Assembly (NCBI GenBank): GCA_038279365.1
Contig: JAYODI010000066.1
Location: forward strand, 1 to 34,921
Direction: 5' to 3'
DNA: 34,921 nucleotides
From: Candidatus Latescibacterota bacterium
Lineage (GTDB): Bacteria; Latescibacterota; UBA2968
Shown: in pieces, positions 8,861 to 16,768 of the stretch
Layout of the letters: each line of letters starts with the position of its first letter
Numbering within the stretch: position 1 is the stretch's first letter
Notes under the pieces: model-generated
The model's input: the letters and a program-made list of their open reading frames with translations, nothing else
What the model was told of the DNA's origin: nothing
Database searches by the model: none
Translations under genes and position numbers: made by a program

Positions 8861-10324
8861 ATGGAACATGAAATGTCTCGCCCAAATGTTTTAATTTTGA
8901 TGACCGATCAACACCGCGCCGATTGGATGACGTGCGTTGGCAATAGCCCGGTGCCAACACCGAATTTGGATCGCATTGCCAAACGGGGTGTGCGGTTTGA
9001 AAATGCGTACTGTCCATACCCTGTTTGTACGGCGTCGAGAATGGCTTTGATGACGGGGATGTATGCCCATTCGACGGGGGCGATTAACAATTCGGATCGG
9101 TTGGATTGGCGATACCGTACAATGGCGCATCATTTTTCAGAGCATGGGTATTTGACGGGGTTGATTGGGAAGATGCATTTTAATGATGCACACAATCATG
9201 GGTTGGAATATTACATGTCGGTGAATGATTGGTTGATGTATTTGGGCCCCAAGGCGCAACATTATGCCAATGAGATTGCCAACCATGCTTTGAATGATCG
9301 GTTTTTTGAGACGGTTTTTGATACGGGCAGTGGGTTTCCGGATGTGTCGCATGTTTGGGAAAATGACCAGAGCCCGTGGGTGGGGCTGGTGGATCGGTTT
9401 GATTTTTCGTCGATGGCATCGGCACTGGAACCCGAAGACCATTTGGATATGTTTATTGCGCGTGAGACGGTGAAGTTTTTGAAGGCGTATCAAGATCAGC
9501 CGTTTTGTTTGACGGCCAGTTTTATGAAGCCACACCCACCTTTTTATCCACCGCGCGAGTGGGCCGAACGCTTTCGACCGGAGGCGATGGATTTGTTGCC
9601 AATCGGCGATATTTCAAAATATCCGGAGCACATTCAACAGCGTGTGGCACGTACACAGGGGATGGGTGAAAAAAGGATTCGTGCGCACAAGGCGGGGTAT
9701 ATGGGGAACTTGGCATTTGTAGATCATTGCATTGGACAGGTGTTAGATGGTTTGGACGCGTTGGGGTTGTGGGACAATACGATTGTGGTGTATACATCCG
9801 ATCATGGTGAGATGGGTGGTGAGCATGGGATTTATCAGAAATTTTGTATGTTTGACCCTGCTGTGAAGGTGCCTTTGATGGTGAGTTATCCACCCCGTAT
9901 TCCGCAAGGTCAAGTGACAGAGGCATTGACGGAATATTTTGGGTTGTATCCGACGTTGTCGGATTTGGCGGGGTTGCCTGCACCAGATCGAACGACAGTG
10001 GTGGATTTTGAAGGGGCTTGTGAGGAGATGGATGCGATTGGTTTTGCCAATGTTTTGTGTGACCCTGATGCAATAGGCCCTGAGGTTGTTTTTAGTGAAC
10101 ACGGTTTGCGCAGTGATTTGGCGTCTTATTTGGTGCGTTCGAAACAGTTTAAATATGTGCATCATGTGGGTGGGTCTTGTCATGAGTTGTACGATTTGGA
10201 GAACGATGCAGGGGAGTTTCATAATCTGATTGGAGAGGCAAAATACCAGTCGGTGGTGAAGGATTTGCTCGCGCAGTTGTTTGCGTGGTATGATCCGGAT
10301 GAGAATGTGTACGGAAGGCAATGA
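8861..10324 (+). CDS. Cys-type sulfatase (choline-sulfatase-like S1 family), no signal peptide
   Basis: RPNVLILMTDQHR, CTASR motif, GKMHF, KPHPPF, YTSDHGEMGGEHG, ELYDLEND. Start may be 8873. Confidence 0.92.
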   Translation: MEHEMSRPNVLILMTDQHRADWMTCVGNSPVPTPNLDRIAKRGVRFENAYCPYPVCTASRMALMTGMYAHSTGAINNSDRLDWRYRTMAHHFSEHGYLTGLIGKMHFNDAHNHGLEYYMSVNDWLMYLGPKAQHYANEIANHALNDRFFETVFDTGSGFPDVSHVWENDQSPWVGLVDRFDFSSMASALEPEDHLDMFIARETVKFLKAYQDQPFCLTASFMKPHPPFYPPREWAERFRPEAMDLLPIGDISKYPEHIQQRVARTQGMGEKRIRAHKAGYMGNLAFVDHCIGQVLDGLDALGLWDNTIVVYTSDHGEMGGEHGIYQKFCMFDPAVKVPLMVSYPPRIPQGQVTEALTEYFGLYPTLSDLAGLPAPDRTTVVDFEGACEEMDAIGFANVLCDPDAIGPEVVFSEHGLRSDLASYLVRSKQFKYVHHVGGSCHELYDLENDAGEFHNLIGEAKYQSVVKDLLAQLFAWYDPDENVYGRQ

Positions 10325-10327
10325 AGA

Positions 10328-10403
10328 AGGTCACTGGTCGCAAGTGAGAATCTGGATATGATAGATGTTTTGGTTTTGACTTGAGACTTGCAGACCTGAG
10401 ACC
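10328..10403. repeat. Degenerate inverted heptamer array
   Basis: GGTCACT-GGTCGCA-AGTGAGA (~10329-10349) faces GACTTGA-GACTTGC-AGACCTGA-GACC (~10378-10403). Confidence 0.45.
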
Positions 10404-10484
10404 ATATTTAGGGGGTGTTTTTGACCTGCAACTTGTAGAATTGAGATTTTAATTATAGATTTTTTTAATTTGATCGAGGTAGAG

Positions 10485-12827
10485 ATGGCCAATCAAAAAG
10501 ATGTGATTGTAAAATTGTTGCGGGGTGATGTTTCAACAGATGAGGCGGCGCGTGTGTTGGGTGTTTCCGTACAGGCTGTGGATGGGTTGAAGCGGCGTTA
10601 TCTGAAAAGCAAACATGTTAAAAAACAAGAAACGATACAGACTTTGGTGGATCAGCCTGTGACGATTTTGCGCGATAAGTGGGGTGTGGCGCATATTGAG
10701 GCGGCTTCGATGGCCGATTGTTTTACGGGGTTGGGATATGCGATGGCGCAAGATCGGTTGTGGCAGATGGATTATATGCGCCGGTTGACGCATGGGCGTT
10801 TGGCAGAAGTTTTGGGTGTGGATTATTTGGCGCAAGATCGGTTGCATCGCACCATTGGTTTGACACGTGCCGCACAAGGTGCAGCTTCGGTGATGTCGGA
10901 TGAGGTGAAATTGGTGTTGCAGTCTTTGGCGCAGGGGATTAATGCGTGGATAGATAAGGCAGGCGAACGGTTGTCTGTGGAGTTTGATTTGTTGGAATAT
11001 GCCCCTGAACCGTGGACGGTGGTGGATTCGATTGCGCTTTGGAAGTGGCGCTGGTGGATGTTGACGGGGCGGTTGGGTTTTGTGGCACTGGGTGAGATGG
11101 CGAAGCGGCATTTGCCCCCTCATTTGCAAGATGTATTTTTGGCTGTGGAGGCGGGTGAGGAAACGATTGTGCCGAGTGATGCACCTGCGGGTATGGGGGG
11201 CGATGATACGGGCATGGGGAGCAATAACTGGGTGGTGGGTGGTTCGCTAACTGAAAATGGCAAGCCTGTTTTGGCAACCGACCCGCACAACGATGTGAGT
11301 TTGGCGCGGCAATGGTATCAGGCACAGGTGACGGCACCGGGGATGGATGCGGTGGGGGCGTTCTTTTTGGGTACGCCAGGGATTTATTTGGGGCACAATC
11401 GAAACACATCTTGGGGGGTGACCAATCACGCGGCGTCTGTGCGCGATTTGTATGAGGAAGAGGTGTCAACAGAAGATAGCAATTTGTATCGTGAAGGCAA
11501 TGAATGGCGTGCATTTGAGATTGAGCGACAAGAGGTGGGGGTGCGGGGGGAGTCGTCCGATCCGTTGGTGATTCGCCGTACGGTGCGGGGGCCACTTGTG
11601 AATGCGTTTGTACCTGCGGTGGATGATGGCCCCCAGCCAGTGTTGTCGATGCGGTGGGTGGGGGCAGAGCCAACGACGGGTTTTGATGCGATGTTGGATT
11701 TGATGCGTTCGAAGGATGTGTCTGAGGTGTTGGTGGCATTAAAAAAGTGGCCAATGCCGATTTTGAATTTTGTGTTTTCGGATGTGGCAGGGCGCATCGG
11801 GTTTCATGTGGTGGGGCATGTGCCCAAGCGCAAGGCCGATGCGGTTGGATTTCGACCTGCAAATGATCCTGACCATGCATGGGGTGAACCGTATGCGTTT
11901 GAAGATTTGCCCAATATGATTGACCCTGAACGCGATTGGGTGGGCACGGCCAATAATCCACCTTGGGGTGGAAATGGGTCGTATGTGAAGTTGGGGTCTT
12001 GGTCGGATGGGTATCGCTTTAGGCGGTTGCGTGAGCGGATAGCCGCATTGGAGCAGTTTGATATGCGCAGTGTGGGTGCAATTCATGCCGATTCGTTGCA
12101 CGCGCGTGGGCGTGAGTTGGCACCGATTGTGGCGGCCATTGCGTTGAAGGTGCGCAATAAGCGGTTGCGTGAGTTGGGGGCTTTGTTGGATGAATGGGAT
12201 GGCTCGTTTTCTGTTGATTCTGTTGCGGCGACGGTATTTACGGCTTTTTGGGAGCATTGGATTAGGCGTTTGGCGAAGGTGCATTTTAAAGCCGATATGA
12301 TTGAGTTGGTGGTGGGGCGCATGGGGTATATTGGACGGCAGGTGTTGACTGGAGAAGACGTGGTGTGGTTGCCTGGGGTGGATGTGGAGAAAGAGGTGCG
12401 GGAGACATTGGTGGATGCATTGTCTTGGTTGCGTAAGCGGGTGGGAACGCGCAAGTCTCAGTGGCGTTGGGGGCGTGTGCATACCGTGACGTTTCGGCAC
12501 CCGATGAGTGATGGGGGAGCGTTGTCGAAGTTGTTGGATGTGGGGCCGTTTGAGACGTCGGGTACGTTGGGAACGCTTCGGATGGCGGGGTATACGTTTT
12601 CAACACCCTTTGAGGTGGCGATGCTTTCGACATATCGGATGGTGGTGGATATGGCCAATCCGGCACAGGCGTTGTCAACTTCGGCGGGCGGGCAGTCTGG
12701 GCATCCTTTGCATGAAAATTATCGGCGGCAATCGGAGTTGTGGGTGGGGGATGATTATCATCCGTTGTTGATGGATAAGGGGGATGTTTTGGAGGTGTTG
12801 GAGAGTCGGGTGGTTTTGGAACCGTAG
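10485..12827 (+). CDS. Penicillin acylase / acyl-homoserine-lactone acylase family Ntn hydrolase with N-terminal HTH
   Basis: ILRDKWGVAHI, GYAMAQDRLWQMD, autocleavage site MG|SNNW, LATDPH, TANN, WRWGRVH, GGQSGHP. N-terminal STDEAARVLGVSVQAVDGLKRRY is HTH-like. GAGGT RBS before ATG 10485. Confidence 0.92.
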   Translation: MANQKDVIVKLLRGDVSTDEAARVLGVSVQAVDGLKRRYLKSKHVKKQETIQTLVDQPVTILRDKWGVAHIEAASMADCFTGLGYAMAQDRLWQMDYMRRLTHGRLAEVLGVDYLAQDRLHRTIGLTRAAQGAASVMSDEVKLVLQSLAQGINAWIDKAGERLSVEFDLLEYAPEPWTVVDSIALWKWRWWMLTGRLGFVALGEMAKRHLPPHLQDVFLAVEAGEETIVPSDAPAGMGGDDTGMGSNNWVVGGSLTENGKPVLATDPHNDVSLARQWYQAQVTAPGMDAVGAFFLGTPGIYLGHNRNTSWGVTNHAASVRDLYEEEVSTEDSNLYREGNEWRAFEIERQEVGVRGESSDPLVIRRTVRGPLVNAFVPAVDDGPQPVLSMRWVGAEPTTGFDAMLDLMRSKDVSEVLVALKKWPMPILNFVFSDVAGRIGFHVVGHVPKRKADAVGFRPANDPDHAWGEPYAFEDLPNMIDPERDWVGTANNPPWGGNGSYVKLGSWSDGYRFRRLRERIAALEQFDMRSVGAIHADSLHARGRELAPIVAAIALKVRNKRLRELGALLDEWDGSFSVDSVAATVFTAFWEHWIRRLAKVHFKADMIELVVGRMGYIGRQVLTGEDVVWLPGVDVEKEVRETLVDALSWLRKRVGTRKSQWRWGRVHTVTFRHPMSDGGALSKLLDVGPFETSGTLGTLRMAGYTFSTPFEVAMLSTYRMVVDMANPAQALSTSAGGQSGHPLHENYRRQSELWVGDDYHPLLMDKGDVLEVLESRVVLEP

Positions 12828-12884
12828 GGGATTGATTGGCTTACGGAAAGACGAGTGATTTTTGGGTGTTGTTTCTTTTTGTGA

Positions 12885-13070
12885 TTTGCCTTCGGCGACC
12901 CACTTTTGTAACGACACAAAAGTGGGCAAAAAGTCGCCCCTCAGGTGCCGGGGAGGCTGATTTTCCGCAAATACTGTTTGAGGGTGCAAGAGATCATTTA
13001 GCCTGTCGCCTAAAAGCTTTTATGAAATGCATTGCTGGACGGAAGAGCGCGGAAAATCATGATCGGTTGG
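12885..13070 (+). repeat. Structured intergenic repeat, copy B (~186 bp)
   Basis: Hairpin CCCACTTTTGT/ACAAAAGTGGG (12899-12926) enclosed by GGCGAC/GTCGCC; TGATTTTCCGC (12958-12968) with GCGGAAAATCA (13049-13059); ends TGATCGGTTGG as in copy A. Confidence 0.88.
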
Positions 13071-13130
13071 GGTGATGGGTTTTGTGAGGGGGATGGTGAT
13101 CATTTTATGGATAAGTGTATAGGAGGATGA

Positions 13131-14579
13131 ATGGGTCGGCCAAATATTTTGATTTTTATGACGGATCAGGAGCAGGCGCAGGTTTCGTTTCCGGGGCATC
13201 CTTGTAAAACACCACATGCAGATCGGTTGGCAAAAGATGGGATTTTGTTTCGGAGTTGTTATACGATAGCGGCGCATTGTTGTCCTTCTCGGGCAAGTTT
13301 TATGACGGGGTTGTACCCCAGTCGGCACGGGATTTTTAATAATGTGAATACGCATACGGCCATTCATCGCGATTTGAATGATGGGGTGGTGATGTTTTCG
13401 CAAGGGTTGCGCGATGCGGGATATAATTTGGCGTATTCGGGGAAGTGGCATGTGTCCAATTCGGAGAGCCCGTGTGATCGGGGGTGGGAAGAGTTGCATG
13501 TGGGCGCGCGCGGTGAGCGCGATCCGGGGCATCCAAAGATGGATCGGTTTAAACCTTTGTCCGATGCTGAAGGGCCGCGTGGGCGCGGGCAGGTGATGCG
13601 ACCTGGGTGGGGGAATATTCAGGTGTATGGGACGAGCAAACAACGTTATGAAGAGACGAATGATTATAAGATTGTGCATTCGGCCATTGATAAGTTGCCT
13701 GAGTTGGTGAATGGCGATGCGCCGTGGTGTTTGTTTGTGGGGCCAAATGGGCCACACGATCCGTTTATTGTGCCGGAGAAGTATGCCACGATGTATGATC
13801 CTGCGCAGGTGCCGTTGCCGCCTAATTTTGGGGATCGGATGGCAGATAAGCCGCGCATTTATCAGCGGCATCGCAAGCAACTTTGGGATCAGTTTGGAGA
13901 GGATGAATATCGGGAGTCGATTGCACATTATTGGGGATATTGCACAATGATGGACGATTTGTTTGGAGAGATGTTGGATGCTTTGGACAAATCAGGACAA
14001 GCGGAGAATACGTTGGTGTTGCGGATGTCGGATCATGGGGAATATGCAGGGGCACACGGGTTGTATTGCAAGGGGGTGCCTGCATTTCGGGAAGGGTATC
14101 ATATTCCGTTGATTGCGCGGTGGCCAAAGGGCATAAAAGACCCTGGGCGTGAGGTGGATGAATTTGTGAACTTGATGGATTTTGCGCCGACGTTTTTGGA
14201 TTTGGCAGGTGTGGATGATGTGCCGGAGGGTGTGGCGGGACGGAGTTTGGTGCCGTTTTTGGAGGGGGAACAACCGACGGATTGGCGAGAGGCACATTGT
14301 ACGCAGTTTAATGGGGTGGAGTTGTATTATACACAGCGAGCCATTTGGACACATTCGCATAAATATGTGTATAATGGGTTTGATTTTGATGAGTTGTACG
14401 ATTTGGAGAAAGACCCGCACGAGATGGTGAATGTGGCAGAAGATGCATCTTATGATGGGGTGAAGCGTGATTTGATCAAAAAAATGTGGGAAGTGTCTTT
14501 GGCCGAGAAGGATATTATTTCCAATCCATATTGGACGGTGGGTTTGGTGCCTTATGGGCCGGGGATTGCGTTTGAATAA
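13131..14579 (+). CDS. Cys-type sulfatase (S1 family), no signal peptide
   Basis: RPNILIFMTDQE, CCPSR motif, GKWHV, GPHDPF, MSDHGE, ELYDLEKDPHE. AGGAGG RBS upstream. Confidence 0.93.
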   Translation: MGRPNILIFMTDQEQAQVSFPGHPCKTPHADRLAKDGILFRSCYTIAAHCCPSRASFMTGLYPSRHGIFNNVNTHTAIHRDLNDGVVMFSQGLRDAGYNLAYSGKWHVSNSESPCDRGWEELHVGARGERDPGHPKMDRFKPLSDAEGPRGRGQVMRPGWGNIQVYGTSKQRYEETNDYKIVHSAIDKLPELVNGDAPWCLFVGPNGPHDPFIVPEKYATMYDPAQVPLPPNFGDRMADKPRIYQRHRKQLWDQFGEDEYRESIAHYWGYCTMMDDLFGEMLDALDKSGQAENTLVLRMSDHGEYAGAHGLYCKGVPAFREGYHIPLIARWPKGIKDPGREVDEFVNLMDFAPTFLDLAGVDDVPEGVAGRSLVPFLEGEQPTDWREAHCTQFNGVELYYTQRAIWTHSHKYVYNGFDFDELYDLEKDPHEMVNVAEDASYDGVKRDLIKKMWEVSLAEKDIISNPYWTVGLVPYGPGIAFE

Positions 14580-14663
14580 GGGAATTTGTGCTTCTTTTAT
14601 TACCTTAATTTTGTTACTTTGGTAGGGTTCTGTTTGGATATCTCATAAAAGGAGATTTGGATT

Positions 14664-15749
14664 ATGAAGTTGACGTTGTCTATTCCACGATCACGCCCGT
14701 CGCATTTGACGAGTTTTGCGGCACCCGAAGGGTGTGAGGCGCCGCTTTTAAAATTGGATGGTGCATTGGGTTCTTTGGTGGCTGAGCGCGATCCGTCTTT
14801 GCCTATTTATCATGTGCAGTTGCCTGCCTTAGATGCTGGGCAAGCGGCAACTTTTGATGTGACGGCATTGGATGATGCCGATGCAGCTTCTGGTATTTCT
14901 GTGACCGATGCCGATGGCAAGTTGGCCATTGATGTGGCTGGGTCGCCATTTATGACATTTCATCATACGACCGACTATCCTAAGCCTGTGATCAACCCGA
15001 TTTTGACACCCAAGGGTGTGAATATGTTGCGTGAACCAATGGCGGCTTGGAGTGAGGGGGAACACCCTTGGCAACGGGGTTTGACGCTGATGCAAGGGGC
15101 CATTAATGGCGTGGATTGTTGGAATGAACGCCCCAACAAAGAAGGGTTTGGGCGCACGGCACAAGATAAGATGAAGGTGTCGCACAATCCGCTGTCTTTG
15201 TTGATTGAGTCGGACAATACGTGGTATGAGGCAGATCGGCCACTGATGACCGATTCGCGGTCTTATCGGTTGTTTGATACATCGCGCGATGCGGTGGTGT
15301 TGGATATTGCATTAACGCTTAAGGCTTCACACGGTGCGGTGACGATTGGCGATACCAAAGAGGGTGGTTTTTTGTGTATTCGCGTTAATCCGACCATGGA
15401 TGCCAAAGCCAATGGTCATATGCGCAATGCCTATGGTGCAACCGATGAAAAGGGCTGTTGGTCGTTTCCTTCGCATTGGATGGATTATTATGGCCCCGTA
15501 GGTGATGAAACGGCTGGTTTTGCCATTTTTGATCATCCGCAAAACTTTCGTTATCCCACCACTTGGCATGTGCGTGGATATGGTTTGTTTGCGCCCAATT
15601 GTTGGATGTTTAAGCCTGATCATCATTTGGCAGATGGAGAAGAACTGACATTTCGTTGGCGCGTGACCATTCATTCGGGCGATACCGATCAGGCCGATAT
15701 TGCCAACCGCTTTTTGGATTATGTGGATGGTGCACGTGTGGCGAAGTAG
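14664..15749 (+). CDS. DUF6807 / 'PmoA-like' (PF14100-type) protein of carbohydrate-catabolic neighbourhoods
   Basis: HPWQRGL, GDTKEGG, WMDYYG, FDHPQNFRYPTTWHVRGYGLF motifs; AAGGAG RBS. Confidence 0.75.
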   Translation: MKLTLSIPRSRPSHLTSFAAPEGCEAPLLKLDGALGSLVAERDPSLPIYHVQLPALDAGQAATFDVTALDDADAASGISVTDADGKLAIDVAGSPFMTFHHTTDYPKPVINPILTPKGVNMLREPMAAWSEGEHPWQRGLTLMQGAINGVDCWNERPNKEGFGRTAQDKMKVSHNPLSLLIESDNTWYEADRPLMTDSRSYRLFDTSRDAVVLDIALTLKASHGAVTIGDTKEGGFLCIRVNPTMDAKANGHMRNAYGATDEKGCWSFPSHWMDYYGPVGDETAGFAIFDHPQNFRYPTTWHVRGYGLFAPNCWMFKPDHHLADGEELTFRWRVTIHSGDTDQADIANRFLDYVDGARVAK

Positions 15750-15797
15750 GGGGCTGGAATTACATAAATGAGTAGGTCATCGAAAAATTATTGAAAA

Positions 15798-15878
15798 TCA
15801 CAGGTCACAGGTTACAGGTCACAGGTTAAAAATGAAAAGTATTGGATGTGTTTTTTGACTTGTGGCTTGGGGCCTTGT
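15798..15878. repeat. Heptamer tandem repeat (TCACAGG x4) with a degenerate inverted partner
   Basis: TCACAGG TCACAGG TTACAGG TCACAGG at 15798-15825; GACTTGT-GGCTTGG-GGCCTTGT at ~15857-15878. Confidence 0.7.
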
Positions 15879-15925
15879 AAGGCTCTGGAGTTCTTTTCTG
15901 GAGCCTTTTTATTATAGGTGAATAA

Positions 15926-16768
15926 ATGGATACAGTGTGGTTGGTGGGTTCAAATGGGTTACACCACGGTGCGCCAAAGAAAGTGTGGCAAGCCGTGGGG
16001 GCGTGTTCTTTTACTGTGAATAGTATTTTACAGACGCCATCGGGTTTGGTGGTGGGATCTGATACAGGTTTGTGGGAAATATCTGAAGGGTCGCAACGAT
16101 GGGTACAACTCCACGACGAGACGATGACCAGCATTTTGGGTTTGGCACCTACATCTGTGGGCATCGGGTTTGTGGTGGCTTCGGCTTATGGTGTTGCCAC
16201 GGCTGAAGTGGACGATTTGGGGGTGCCAAGGTGGTCTTGGTATTCGGATGATTTGGCGGTAAATGAACGTTATAGCAATGTGATTGTTGCCGACCCCCAG
16301 GACCCTTTGCGATGGGTGGTTGGCACGGAGGCGGGTGTGTTGGTGCGTGAACACGGTGATGGAAATTGGGTACACACCTCACTGACTGGGCGACCGGTAC
16401 GGGGGCTTTGTTGGGCGTTGGGCGCGTTTTGGGCAGGTGCCGATGGTGGGGGGGTGTGGCGCAGTGAAGATGGTGTTTCTTGGGCGCGCGCTGGGAGTGG
16501 TTTAGATGCGACCACGGTGTATTCTTTGGCGTGTGTGGGAGACCGTTTGTTGGTGGGTTTAGAAGGTGGTGTGGCTGTAGGCGATGGTGTGGGGCGCTGG
16601 GTATTGCAAGGGCCAAAAATTCGGGCGCGTGTGGTTGCCGCACACGGTGATATGTGGTTGGCAGGTGCCAACCCTGGTGGTTTGTGGTGGTCTACAAATC
16701 AAGGACTGAAATGGCAAAAGTCAGGTGATTTTGGGTCGGTGCGTTCACTTATTGTGCGGGAGGGGTAA
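15926..16768 (+). CDS. BNR/Asp-box-type beta-propeller protein
   Basis: VWRSEDGVSW and LWWSTNQGLKW Asp-box-like motifs; repeated VG(S/T)xxGL/V blades. Stop abuts the next ATG. Confidence 0.7.
   Translation: MDTVWLVGSNGLHHGAPKKVWQAVGACSFTVNSILQTPSGLVVGSDTGLWEISEGSQRWVQLHDETMTSILGLAPTSVGIGFVVASAYGVATAEVDDLGVPRWSWYSDDLAVNERYSNVIVADPQDPLRWVVGTEAGVLVREHGDGNWVHTSLTGRPVRGLCWALGAFWAGADGGGVWRSEDGVSWARAGSGLDATTVYSLACVGDRLLVGLEGGVAVGDGVGRWVLQGPKIRARVVAAHGDMWLAGANPGGLWWSTNQGLKWQKSGDFGSVRSLIVREG

Noticed and set aside
8456-9017. ORFs across the 8.3-8.9 kb gap (8456-8869, 8493-9017, 8514-8714) and the similar 12836-13075
   Set aside because: They translate the repeat element or low-complexity sequence and show no recognisable domain or RBS.
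7221-13928. Long antisense ORFs (e.g. 7221-8225, 10939-11961, 13020-13928)
   Set aside because: They shadow well-supported + strand genes and have P/H/Q/T-rich composition expected from the reverse of G/T-rich coding DNA.
14664-15749. Particulate methane monooxygenase PmoA
   Set aside because: Soluble protein without TM helices and no pmoB/pmoC; the family label is a misnomer here.
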